A stretch of 63,575 bases of DNA, the filler included, from Reclinomonas americana ATCC 50394 (lineage: Eukaryota): the NCBI GenBank assembly GCA_048213135.1. It is 22 parts of 22 records of this genome, joined end to end, with 100 filler letters (N's around TTAATTAATTAA, not from the genome) between each part and the next. Parts side by side here need not be neighbours in the genome. Positions count along the whole stretch, not along the records: positions 42,587 to 49,263 come from AFZH01024145.1; positions 49,364 to 50,896 come from AFZH01024146.1; positions 50,997 to 52,395 come from AFZH01024147.1; positions 52,496 to 53,775 come from AFZH01024149.1; positions 53,876 to 55,392 come from AFZH01024150.1; positions 55,493 to 56,723 come from AFZH01024152.1; positions 56,824 to 57,896 come from AFZH01024153.1; 15 more parts are not named here. One strand, given 5' to 3'. How positions within the stretch are numbered: the first letter of the stretch is position 1; each line of letters starts with the position of its first letter. The translations under genes and the position numbers were made by a program. This document shows, piece by piece, positions 46,511 to 57,385 of this stretch. A model generated the notes under the pieces. The model had not been told where the DNA came from and searched no databases. It saw nothing but the letters and a program-made list of their open reading frames with translations.

Positions 46511-46604
46511 GGTTAAAGCGACCCAATAATTCGCCGAATTTTACAGGTCTTCGCTCAATGGTTAACGCGCTTTTAGCGCGCTCTGTCAGTTAACGAGAGG
46601 TATA
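46511..46604 (-). promoter_or_regulatory. Cluster of CtrA-like sites in the pilin promoter
   Basis: Minus strand CTAA-N7-TTAAC (46561-46576), TATA-N7-TTAAC (46589-46604), plus a TTAAC half site at ~46512. Confidence 0.6.
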
Positions 46605-46840
46605 ATCTTTCCGATACTTCAAATATAACTCGGCAGACGAATCAGAAATGCGCCGCATAACGTTTCGTCAGTGCGAGCGACCCGACATCGCCATGCGCTT
46701 TTCATTGGCGACGATCAGGCTTCCAGGGCCGGTGAGAAAGCCGGATTGGCTGCGGAAATCGCGATCTTAGCAATCCATTCATCATTTTCGGCTTACCTCG
46801 TCCCGTTCGAAACCTTGAGGCGCGCGCGAGGTCCATTGCG

Positions 46841-47377
46841 ATGCCGGGATCGCGGCTCTCCAAATCCTTTCCAAGGCTGGTCCTTGCCGGGCTCGCGGCG
46901 GCTGCCGGCTTGAGCCTGTCGGCCGATATCGTACGCGCTCAAGCTCGGCTCATTCCCGCGCCAGCCCCGGAATCCCGTGGCGATGTCGGCGAAGCGGTCC
47001 AGGTCGTGGTCGACCATGCCAAGGTGCTGCGCCTGCCCGAGAAGGCGCAGACGGTGATCGTCGGCAATCCGGCGATCGCGGACGTGACGGTCCAGCGCAA
47101 CGGCGTGATGATCGTCACCGGCAAGAGCTACGGCGTCACCAACCTGATCGCGCTCGACGCGACCGGCGCCCTGCTGGCGGAATCCTCGGTTCGCGTCGGC
47201 GCCGCCACCGATTCGATCCTGACTGTGCAGCGCGGCCTCGAGCGCGAGAGCTATTCCTGCACGCCCAATTGCCAGCCGAGCGCCCAGCTCGGCGATTCCA
47301 AGGCGTTCTTCGATGGCACGAGCGGCCAAAGCGGCGCCCGCAACGCCGCTGCGACGGGCAGCGGGGAGAAGAAGTAG
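46841..47377 (+). CDS. Pilus assembly protein with T2SS/T3SS pilus N-terminal domain
   Basis: VDHAKVLRLPEKAQTVIVGNPAIADV...GKSYGVTNLIALD...YSCTPNC; divergent from the pilins as in Cpa loci. Confidence 0.88.
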   Translation: MPGSRLSKSFPRLVLAGLAAAAGLSLSADIVRAQARLIPAPAPESRGDVGEAVQVVVDHAKVLRLPEKAQTVIVGNPAIADVTVQRNGVMIVTGKSYGVTNLIALDATGALLAESSVRVGAATDSILTVQRGLERESYSCTPNCQPSAQLGDSKAFFDGTSGQSGARNAAATGSGEKK

Positions 47378-47404
47378 CTCTCCCCGCCCTGCCCGCGAGA
47401 CCGA

Positions 47405-48904
47405 TCAGATCGTCTGATTGTAAGCGCCGACTTCCGGATTCTCGCGCAGAACCCCGTCGATCGCCTTGAACATCTCGCGCATGCGCGCTTCCGAGACCGG
47501 GCTTTCGCAGACCACGACCAGCTCGGGCTTGTTCGAGGACGCCCGGATCAGGCCCCAGGTGCCATCCGCGTTGACGACACGCACGCCGTTGACGGTGATG
47601 ACGTCGACGATTGCCTGGCCGGCGATCTTTTCGCCCGCTGCCTGCATCGCCTGAATCCGCTTGGTGATCTTGTCGCTGACGCCGTATTTCACCTCGTCGG
47701 CGCATTTGGCCGCCATGGTCGGCGTGCCCCAGGTCTTCGGCACGGCGGCATAGAGCTCGGCCATCGACTTATCCGGGTTGCGGTCGAGCATGTCGATCAC
47801 GGCGATGGCGGTGACGACGCCGTCGTCATAGCCCCGGCCGACCGGCGCGTTGAAGAAGAAGTGGCCGGACTTCTCGAAGCCGGCGAGGGCATTGAGGTCG
47901 CGGACCCGGCGCTTGATATAGGAATGGCCGGTCTTCCAGTAATCGGTCTTGACGCCGAGCCGCTGCAGTTCCGGATCGGTCGAGAACAGGCCGGTCGACT
48001 TGACGTCGACGACGAACTGCGCGCCCGGATTGAGCTTGCCGAGGTCGCGGGCGAGCATCACGCCGATCTTGTCGGCGAAGATCTCCTCGCCATGGTTGTC
48101 GACGACGCCGCAGCGGTCGCCGTCACCGTCGAAGCCGAGCGCGACATCGGCGCCGTGCTGCTTCACGGCATCGGCCATGGCGTGCAGCATCTTCATGTCT
48201 TCGGGGTTCGGATTGTAGCGCGGGAAGGTGTGGTCGAGCTCGGCATCCATCGGGATGACCTCGCAGCCGAGCGCTTCCAGAATCCGGGGCGCGAAGGCGC
48301 CAGCCGTGCCGTTGCCGCAGGCGGCGATGACCTTGAGCTTGCGCGTGATCTTCGGGCGGTTGGTCAGGTCGGCGATGTAGCGCGCCGGGAAATCGGGCAC
48401 GAACTGGTAGGAGCCGCCGCCGGGAAGGTCGAAATCGCCGGCGAGCACGATGTCGCGCAGCTGCCCCATCTCGTCGGGGCCGAAGGTGACGGGACGCTGC
48501 GCCCCCATCTTGATGCCGGTCCAGCCATTGTCGTTGTGCGAGGCGGTTACCATGGCGACGCAAGGCACGTCGAGCTCGAACTGGGCGAAATAGGCCATGG
48601 GCGACATGGCGAGGCCGATGTCGTGGACCTTGCAGCCGGCCGCCATCAGGCCGGTGACCAGCGCCATCTTGATCGAGGAGGAATAGCTGCGGAAGTCATG
48701 GGCGGTGACGATCTCGGGCTTGACGCCCATGCGCCTGATCAGCGTGCCGAGGCCCATGCCGACGGCCTGGACGCCCATCAGGTTGAGCTCCTTCCCGAAG
48801 AACCAGCGCGCATCGTATTCGCGGAAGCCGGTCGGCTTCACCATCGGCAGCGATTCGTACTCGAACGTGTTGGGGAAGAGCTCGGGCAGGGGCTTCGGGA
48901 ACAT
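47405..48904 (-). CDS. Phosphomannomutase/phosphoglucomutase (AlgC-like), 499 aa; real start MFPKP
   Basis: FREYDAR, MVTASHN phosphoserine loop, FDGDGDR metal loop, GFEKSGH, RASSNKP. Confidence 0.95.
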   Translation of the reverse strand: MFPKPLPELFPNTFEYESLPMVKPTGFREYDARWFFGKELNLMGVQAVGMGLGTLIRRMGVKPEIVTAHDFRSYSSSIKMALVTGLMAAGCKVHDIGLAMSPMAYFAQFELDVPCVAMVTASHNDNGWTGIKMGAQRPVTFGPDEMGQLRDIVLAGDFDLPGGGSYQFVPDFPARYIADLTNRPKITRKLKVIAACGNGTAGAFAPRILEALGCEVIPMDAELDHTFPRYNPNPEDMKMLHAMADAVKQHGADVALGFDGDGDRCGVVDNHGEEIFADKIGVMLARDLGKLNPGAQFVVDVKSTGLFSTDPELQRLGVKTDYWKTGHSYIKRRVRDLNALAGFEKSGHFFFNAPVGRGYDDGVVTAIAVIDMLDRNPDKSMAELYAAVPKTWGTPTMAAKCADEVKYGVSDKITKRIQAMQAAGEKIAGQAIVDVITVNGVRVVNADGTWGLIRASSNKPELVVVCESPVSEARMREMFKAIDGVLRENPEVGAYNQTI

Positions 48905-49079
48905 CGGGCCATCCATCTTCGAGGAGCACGGGCGATGAGGCCCGCGCGGAAACCATGCAGCTGACGCGTGCGGTACGGACAGGCCACAGGCTACATGAAT
49001 GCAGCCTGAGCATGACAGGGCAAGGACGCAAGGCGGGCATAGCTCATCCGTATGAGCTTGCAAACAAACGGCCCGATCC

Positions 49080-49263
49080 TCAACCGCGCAGGACCATGCG
49101 GCCGCCCTGGACCTCGTAGCCGCGTAGCCGGCGCAGGAAGGAGGTGCCGAGCAGGCTGATCGAGAGGGCGCCGGCAGGCAGCACCACGGCCTCGACATCG
49201 CGCACCGAGATGTCGCCGAGCCGCACCTCGCGCAGCATCGTCTTCGCCCCCCGCACCACGCCG
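49080..49263 (-). CDS. C-terminus of clan AA aspartic protease (TIGR02281-like), 5'-truncated
   Basis: LREVRLGDISVRDVEAVVLPAGALSISLLGTSFLRRL....QGGRMVLRG*. Confidence 0.8.
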
Positions 49264-49399
49264 NNNNNNNNNNNNNNNNNNNNNNNNNNNNNNNNNNNNN
49301 NNNNNNNTTAATTAATTAANNNNNNNNNNNNNNNNNNNNNNNNNNNNNNNNNNNNNNNNNNNNCCTTACATGATGAGTTTGGAGTCAATGTCCCCTATT

Positions 49400-49640
49400 G
49401 CGTTTGTTCTCAGCCCTTTGAACTGGGCGGCATCCAGGTGAGCCCGATCACGAATACCAGCGAGCGGAGCCTCGCCTGTACCACCTTACATCCGGTCGGC
49501 GCTCGTGGCGGCCGTACCATAATCCCACATTCGGGGAGGGCTCAGGAGAACGGGACCCTTCTTGAGGCCGGCTGGCAAGCCATGGTTTGTACCGGTCCGT
49601 TCACCTGGATCCGCCAGGGTCGAGCAGGCCCTGGCGATTG
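49400..49640 (-). ncRNA. Candidate bridge/seek RNA in the IS110 downstream NCR
   Basis: Nested stems (ATCCAGGTGA 49432-49441 / TCACCTGGAT 49601-49610; hairpin 49612-49636) and an internal 8-nt copy of the element end (CCTTACAT at 49364 and 49484); boundaries approximate. Confidence 0.65.
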
Positions 49641-49656
49641 GGTTGGTCGTAGGAAG

Positions 49657-50811
49657 TCAAGCTTTGGCCAGGATGGCCCCTTCGATCACGATGCCACTCG
49701 TTGCATATTTCCAGAGCGCGACGAGTAGCTTGCGCGCCAAGGCGACGATCGCGATCTTCTTGCCGCGCCCACCGTTGTGAGCGATCCGCTCATGGAACCA
49801 GCGAGCCAGGGCCGAGGCCGGCTGATAGCGCACCCAAAGCCACGCAACCTGGATCATCGTCGTGCGCAGCCGGGGGTTGCCCGCCTTCGAGACACCCTGC
49901 TCGCGATCGATCGAGCCGCTTCGCCATGGCGACGGCGCAAGGCCGGCATAGGCCGCGACCTGACGACGGTTGTCGAAGTGTCGGGATAGTCCCTCGCCGA
50001 CCAGAATGTTCGCGAACTCCGGGCCGATGCCCTTGAGCGCGCTGAGCACCGTCAAGGGGGAGGTCTCATTTGCATCGGCGCATAGGTTATCGCGCTCGGC
50101 TTCAACGGCCTTGATCTGTTCGTTGAGCAGCTCGAGCCGGTCGAGTTCACGGCCGATCCGTGCCTTGAGATAGGCAGGCAGCGCTCGGCCATCACCCGTG
50201 TATAGCGCCTCCAGACGCGCACGCCGGTCTCGGCGGATTGGCTTGTAATCCCGCACACCGACGCTGAACAGCAGACCCTTGATACGGTTGACGTGCATCG
50301 TGCGTTCCCGAACGAGAGTCTTGCGCTCCCGACCGAGCCGACGCCGATCCTCGTCCTCCACCGGCGGCACGCGCACCATCGAACAGACCCGTGGCTCCCC
50401 CCGGATCCACGCCATCAGCGTGCGGACCAGCGTCTCGCCGTCGATGCGGTCGGTCTTCGCCCGGCGATGCCTGCGCGACACCGCGATCGAGGCGGCGTCC
50501 ACGACATGGCTCGTGATCCATGCCTCCGCTACCAGCGCACGGTGGATCCAGAAACCATCGAGCCCGGCCTCCTGGATGACAATCACCGGATAGAGCCGAC
50601 CTTCCCGCGCCTGCACTTTCGTGCGGACTGCATTCAGCGAGTCGAGCAGCGCCGGCATATCACCGCCAGGCACGGAATAACGCGACATCTTCTCGCTGCC
50701 CGGCGACAGCAAGGTCACCAGCCATGTCGACTTCGACAGTTCCAGAGAAACGAAAATCGAGCCGAGGTCGGTGCGGATAGCGGCGGGTGTCGAGACAGGG
50801 GTAGCTGGCAT
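49657..50811 (-). CDS. IS110-family transposase/recombinase (RuvC-like N-domain + Tnp20 C-domain), 384 aa
   Basis: SLELSK, QEAG..GFW, RAKTDRID, GIGP, AYAGLAPSPWRSG, SKAGNPRLR, IVALARKL. Confidence 0.96.
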   Translation of the reverse strand: MPATPVSTPAAIRTDLGSIFVSLELSKSTWLVTLLSPGSEKMSRYSVPGGDMPALLDSLNAVRTKVQAREGRLYPVIVIQEAGLDGFWIHRALVAEAWITSHVVDAASIAVSRRHRRAKTDRIDGETLVRTLMAWIRGEPRVCSMVRVPPVEDEDRRRLGRERKTLVRERTMHVNRIKGLLFSVGVRDYKPIRRDRRARLEALYTGDGRALPAYLKARIGRELDRLELLNEQIKAVEAERDNLCADANETSPLTVLSALKGIGPEFANILVGEGLSRHFDNRRQVAAYAGLAPSPWRSGSIDREQGVSKAGNPRLRTTMIQVAWLWVRYQPASALARWFHERIAHNGGRGKKIAIVALARKLLVALWKYATSGIVIEGAILAKA

Positions 50812-53579
50812 CGCGTGGTCGTCCTTCAGAGTGGGCTCGGTAAACTGACTCTGCCCTCACGCAGTCCGCCGTCCACCACTCGTCATAGGATCTTGANNNN
50901 NNNNNNNNNNNNNNNNNNNNNNNNNNNNNNNNNNNNNNNNTTAATTAATTAANNNNNNNNNNNNNNNNNNNNNNNNNNNNNNNNNNNNNNNNNNNNCGCG
51001 CACAAGGTACATAAAATGCAACCTTACCTAAGGACCGGAACCATGTGAAAAAAACGTTTCGGTTTTCGCGCCCATACTTTCAGACAAAAGTGGTCGTCCA
51101 TTGTTTTCATTGCCCGTCCGGTGCGGCGCACTCTGGCGAGCAGAATGGTATGCGTTGAGTGGAGCAGAGGTCACGGGAACATTTTTGTTTTCGCGGTGCC
51201 ATGTGCGTTCGATCGGCGTAACGGTCGTGTCCGACAAGTGGCCACTCTGCGCAAAGTGCACGAAGGACTCGAGTGGTGAGGGAGCGGCGCAGTGCATTGT
51301 GTAGACCGCACTTTGGCGTGCACGGAGCACCTTTCGGTGCGGCAAGAACATGTGTGGATAACGAGTGGCGGCTGAGATGGCAGGAGACTTTCGCGCGTGG
51401 TTTTCGGAGGGGCATCTGGGCGTGCTGCATACCACAGTGGAGAGCAGCCTCTCCCGAACACAATGGTGCTAACCTCATAGGCAGGAGATGTACAGAAGAT
51501 GGTGAAGTCAAGGCGTTCCGATTCCGAACACCGGCACCCCCCAGAAAAAACAGTCTGCATTGTGGTGGGTGAAGTACTTTTATGGGCTCGCCTTGTAGCC
51601 CGCTGTCTCACGGTCATGGTGAACCCGCGGGAGCTTTGTTGGTCAAGTTGCAAGGGCATGGAAAATCGAATATACTGTGTCAGATTGACTGTCGTTGTCC
51701 TCGCAGGTTTTTGTTCATGTGAGTGAGTCGGTGAGCAAGAGTGAGAGTGAGTGAGTGAGAGAGAGAGAGAGCGCGCAGAGAGAGAGAGAGAGCGCAGAGA
51801 GCGCAGAGAGAGAGAGAGAGTGCAAGAGAGCGCACAGAGAGAGAGAGGAGTCGGCGAGTGCGCGCGAGTTGACATTGGTGCACGTGAGTGAGTGGGAGCA
51901 TGAGTGAGAGCGCGTGTGAAACAGTGGGATTGTTTGGGTGTGAGAGGGTGAGAGATACACGTGCCCTCAACCCTCAAAGACACGCAGAATGCAATTGCAA
52001 GAGAGTGAAAGAGAGTGAGAGTGAGAATGAGAGTGCGTGTGATGGAGAGAGAGTGTGTGTGTGTGTGTGTGAGTTGCTGCAGTTCTCTCAACAGTAGGAT
52101 GATAGTGTTGGGCATTTCAGCTGCAGTTGTTGTGCGAAGACATGGTAGCGCTGGTTATGGTGTTTGCGTGGTCGCCTGTGCGTCCACGTGGTGCATGTAC
52201 TTCTAAGTGTCGCGCGATTCGGGGTGTCATGCATATGGTTGATGTGTGCCGTTGCTTTGTTTGTGTGAAGAGAGAGAGAACGAGAAAGGGAGAGAGAGAA
52301 AGAGAGACAGGGAGAGAGAGAGGGAGAGACAGGGAGAGAGAGAGAAAGAGAGAGGGAGAGACGAGGGAGAGAGGAGAGAGAGAGAGAGGAGGAGANNNNN
52401 NNNNNNNNNNNNNNNNNNNNNNNNNNNNNNNNNNNNNNNTTAATTAATTAANNNNNNNNNNNNNNNNNNNNNNNNNNNNNNNNNNNNNNNNNNNNACACA
52501 CTCTCTCTCTGTCCTCCCTCCCTCCCTCTCTGTCTCCTTCCCCCACAATCTCTCTCCGCTCTCTCGCTCGCTCTACCTTTATTGTTTGTGCGTCTTCTTT
52601 GTCTCAGCAGGCCACCATGGCCACTATGATTTGCTGGTTTGAGAGAAAGCGAGCGAGAGAAAGAGAGATGCCGAGGTCAACATGACGCGTCGACGTGACT
52701 GTCGACATGTCAGAGCACAGCAATGTCGTTGCTGGTGGCAGCGGTGCTGGCTTTGCGTGCACGCATCTCGCCGTAACGGCAACCGATGTGGCCTTGTGCG
52801 GTCGGTCAGCTGATGCTTGCGACACTCGTGTCGGAGCCTCGTGTGTAACATCAGCAAGAGCGTGACGCACCGAGATGCAGTTCTAGAATTCTTTTTGAAT
52901 GCGAGACGAAGCTGATGTGCTGACGAGTGCAGTCTCAAGAACCACCGCGATACGCGACGGTGACCGCGGGAGCATCCAATGAACCTCACAGTGAGAATGA
53001 ATGAAGAACGCTTTATTACTCGCACACACAGTCGCATCCATGATCTCTCTCACATGCGTCAAAGGCGACACACTGGGTGGGGGGGGACACAGCCGGAATA
53101 CGACAGCGAGTAGTACATCTCGTCTCGTCTACTAACCCACGCAGTGCGGAACAATCTCTTTCTCCCAATCTCTCCCTCCCTCTCTCCCCCTCAGTCGACA
53201 CGGTGGCAGAGCGGATGCGCAACAGAACAAAGAAACCGGTGATGGCCAACCGCAGATGTGCGAAAATGCACAGAACACTGCAGGGGCGTGACACTGGCAC
53301 GGAACACGAACGCAGAGAGACACGAGGAAGACGGAAACCAGCTGCATCTTGCCGGTGGGGAGGGAGAGAAAGAGAGCAAGGGACTAGTCGACTGGATGGG
53401 GAGGAAGAGCTCGAGGAAGAGTCAAGGAGAGAACGCGGAGGCGTTTTCTCACATACTGTTAGACAGACAGACAGCGGGAAGAAAAACGACGTGAGATTGC
53501 TGGAGTGAAAGGAGAACGGCGAGCGGATGAGTGACGGAGGAGAGAGAGAGAGACAGAGTGAGAGAGAGAGCGACGGGGA

Positions 53580-53775
<196 letters not shown>

Positions 53776-53880
53776 NNNNNNNNNNNNNNNNNNNNNNNNN
53801 NNNNNNNNNNNNNNNNNNNTTAATTAATTAANNNNNNNNNNNNNNNNNNNNNNNNNNNNNNNNNNNNNNNNNNNNACGTC

Positions 53881-53929
<49 letters not shown>

Positions 53930-53986
53930 ATCTCCGCGCTCATTTCACTTCACAAAAGATCGACGCAGGACACCAGCGCGCGCGCG

Positions 53987-55392
53987 CACTTCCGCCGCCC
54001 CCTGGAACACCGCCTCCACCGAGAAAGGGCAAGTGGTTTAATGAGCGCATGTTGGAGGCCGTCGTCTTGCCATCAGGAAGAACCCATGTGAGCCACATAG
54101 GTCAAGGCGTAACACGATCGCGCATCGACCACAAGATGACAGAGTGGGTGCTCTCGCCACTGACGCACACAGCGTGCACTCCAGAGTCCGAGCAAGGTGT
54201 TGGTGGAGAGCAGAGCAAGCACTGTGTATGCGTGTGTGCAGTGGTGAGTGTGGTGAACACCAGAGGCGGCGCAATCAAGTGGCTCTCGATCAGGTCACTG
54301 CCGCCGCCCTCTGGAACACCGTCTGCATTTTGTTGGGGCAAGTGGTTTTATGGGCGCATGTTGGAGGCCGTCGTCTTGCCATCAGGAAGAACCCATGTGA
54401 GCCACATAGGTCAAGGCGTAACACGATCGCACATCGACCGCAAGGTGACAGAGTGGGTGCTGACGCCACTGACGCACACAGCGTGCACTCCAGAGTCCGA
54501 GCAAGGTGTTGGTGGAGAGCAGAGTGTGCACTGTGCACTGGTGTATGCAGTGGCGAGTGTGGTGAACACCAGAGGCGGCGCAATCAAGAGCTCGAGTCTA
54601 TCGATCAGGACACTTCCGCCACCCACTGGAACACCATCTGCATTTTGTTGGGGCAAGTGGTTCTATGGGCGCATGTTGGAGGCCGTCGTCTTGCCATCAG
54701 GAAGAGCCCACGTGAGCCACGCAGGTCAAGGCGTAACACGATCGCGCATCGACCACAAGATGACAGAGTGGGTGCTGACGCCACTGACGCACACAGTGTG
54801 CACTCCAGAGACCGAGCAAGGTGTTGGTGGAGAGCAGAGCAAGCACTGTGCACTGGTGTGTGCAGTGGCGAGTGTGGTGAACACCAGAGGCGGCGCAATC
54901 GATCAGTACACTTCCGCCGCCCTCTGGAACACCATCTGCATTTTGTTGGGGCAAGTGGTTTAATGAGCGCATGTTGGAGGCCGTCGTTTTGCCATCAGGA
55001 AGAACCCACGCAAGCCACGTAGGTCAAGGCGAAACACGATCACACATCGACCGCAAGGTGACAGAGTGGGTGCTGACGCCACTGACGCGCACAGCGTGCA
55101 CTCCAGAGTCCGAGCAAGGTGTTGGTGGAGAGCAGAGTGTGCACTGTGTATGCGTGTGTGCAGTGGTGAGTGTGGTGAACACCAGAGGCGGCGCAATCAA
55201 GTGTCTCACTTCCGCCGCCCACTGGAACACCATCTGCATTCTGTTGGGGCAAGTGGTTGTATGGGCGCATGTTGGAGGCCGTCGTCTCGCCATCAGGGAG
55301 AACCCATGTGAGCCACGTAGGTCAAGGCGAAACACGATCGCGCATCGACCACAAGGTGACAGAGTGGGTGCTGACGCCACTGACGCACACAG
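53987..55392 (+). repeat. ~300-bp tandem satellite, array start (about 4.5 units)
   Basis: atgttggaggccgtcgt at 54049, 54358, 54673, 54971, 55269 (periods 309, 315, 298, 298). Confidence 0.95.
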
Positions 55393-55492
55393 NNNNNNNN
55401 NNNNNNNNNNNNNNNNNNNNNNNNNNNNNNNNNNNNTTAATTAATTAANNNNNNNNNNNNNNNNNNNNNNNNNNNNNNNNNNNNNNNNNNNN

Positions 55493-56723
55493 CACGATCG
55501 CGCATCGACCACAAGATGACAGAGTGGGTGCTGACGCCACTGACGCACACAGCGTGCACTCCAGAGTCCGAGCAAGGTGTTGGTGGAGAGCAGAGCAAGC
55601 ACTGTGCACTGGTGTGTGCAGTGGCGAGTGTGGTGAACACCAGAGGCGGCGCAATCAAGAGCTCGAGTCTATCGATCTGGACACTTCCGCCACCCACTGG
55701 AACACCATCTGCATTTTGTTGGGGCAAGTGGTTGTATGGGCGCATGTTGGAGGCCGTCGTCTCGTTATCAGGGAGAGCCCACGCAAGCCACGCAGGTCAA
55801 GGCGTAACACGATCACACATCAATCACAAGATGACAGAGTGGGTGCTGACGCCACTGACGCACACAGTGTGCACTCCAGAGACCGAGCAAGGTGTTGGTG
55901 GAGAGCAGAGCAAGCACTGTGCACTGGTGTGTGCAGTGGCGAGTGTGGTGAACACCAGAGGAGGAGCAATCAAGTGTCTCACTTCCGCCGCCCTCTGGAA
56001 CACCACCTCCACCTAGAAAGGGCAAGTGGTTGTATGGGCGCATGTTGGAGGCCGTCGTCTTGCCATCAGGGAGAGCCCACGCAAGCCACGTAGGTCAAGG
56101 CGAAACACGATCACACATCGACCGCAAGGTGACAGAGTGGGTGCTGACGCCACTGACGCGCACAGCGTGCACTCCAGAGTCCGAGCAAGGTGTTGGTGGA
56201 GAGCAGAGTGTGCACTGTGTATGCGTGTGTGCAGTGGTGAGTGTGGTGAACACCAGAGGCGGCGCAATCAAGAGTCTCACGATCTGGACACTTCCGCCGC
56301 CCACTGGAACACCGTCTGCATTTTGTTGGGGCAAGTGGCTGTATGGGCGCATGTTGGAGGCCGTCGTCTCGCCATCAGGGAGAGCCCACGCAAGCCACGC
56401 AGGTCAAGGCGTAACACGATCACACATCGACCGCAAGGTGACAGAGTGGGTGCTGACGCCACTGACGCACACAGTGTGCACTCCAGAGTCCGAGCAAGGT
56501 GTTGGTGGAGAGCAGAGTGTGCACTGTGCACTGGTGTGTGCAGTGGTGAGTGTGGTGAACACCAGAGGTGGTGCAATCAAGTGTCTATCGATCTGGACAC
56601 TTCCGCCGCCCTCTGGAACACCGTCTGCATTTTGTTGGGGCAAGTGGTTGTATGGGCGCATGTTGGAGGCCGTCGTCTCGCCATCAGGAAGAGCCCATGT
56701 GAGCCACGTAGGTCAAGGCGAAA
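55493..56723 (+). repeat. Same ~300-bp satellite, continued (about 4 units)
   Basis: Same anchor at 55744, 56042, 56351, 56660 (periods 298, 309, 309). Confidence 0.95.
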
Positions 56724-57062
56724 NNNNNNNNNNNNNNNNNNNNNNNNNNNNNNNNNNNNNNNNNNNNTTAATTAATTAANNNNNNNNNNNNNNNNNNNNN
56801 NNNNNNNNNNNNNNNNNNNNNNNTAAATAGAATAAAAAACCTGAGTGTTTTCGGAGGGCCAAGGGGTATGCTGGGTATCCTCTTGTAGAGCGCAGGCTGC
56901 GCTCTCGAGTCCACCTACGCCTGACCCCCTTGCAAGGGTCCTTCATGGTCAAAGATCGCGGGCAAGTTTTCCAATTCCCGGACATTCCGAACCGGACAGC
57001 GTCACCACTGACATCGAGATAGAGTGCAGAGAGCGTCTCGCGCTGCATCGCAAACGAGTTGT

Positions 57063-57385
57063 GATACATTCTTGTGTGAGAGCGTCGAAGAAAGCAAGCA
57101 AAAAGCGACACTGTTGCCCGCTTTCCGACCCTTGCCCTTCCACCCCGTTTTCCTAATTCGAGGCACACTCCGGGCGGGCAAGGGTCTGTTACGAAGGAGG
57201 AGTGTGTGTGAGTAAAGGAGTGGGTGAGTGATGCACTCTTGTGAGAGAGCGTCGAAGAAAGCAAGCGAAAAGCGACACTGTTGCTCCCTTCCCGACCCTT
57301 GCACTTCCACCCCGTTTTCCTTTTTCGAGGCACATTCCGGACGGGCAAAGCCCATATTAGGAGGAGTGTGTGGGTAAAGGCAGTT
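57063..57385 (+). repeat. Two-copy direct repeat of ~167 bp
   Basis: cttgtg.gagagcgtcgaagaaagcaagc.aaaagcgacactgttgc at 57071 and 57238. Confidence 0.85.

Larger units (their letters stand above)
49364..50896 (-). mobile_element. IS110-family insertion sequence, IS1111-type layout (short upstream, ~290-nt downstream NCR, sub-terminal IRs); occupies the whole contig
   Basis: Transposase plus imperfect sub-terminal IR ATGATGAGT (49370-49378) / ACTCGTCAT (50878-50886). Confidence 0.92.

Noticed and set aside
48905..49198. 98-aa N-terminal extension of PMM/PGM in the ORF track
   Set aside because: It overlaps the upstream aspartic protease gene; the family-like sequence begins at MFPKP (48904)
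53987..56723. Constant unit plus variable slot as a CRISPR-like array, or the 250-300-aa ORFs as a repeat protein
   Set aside because: The constant part is ~290 bp and the variable slots are short and related to each other; no cas genes; 298-bp units break the reading frame
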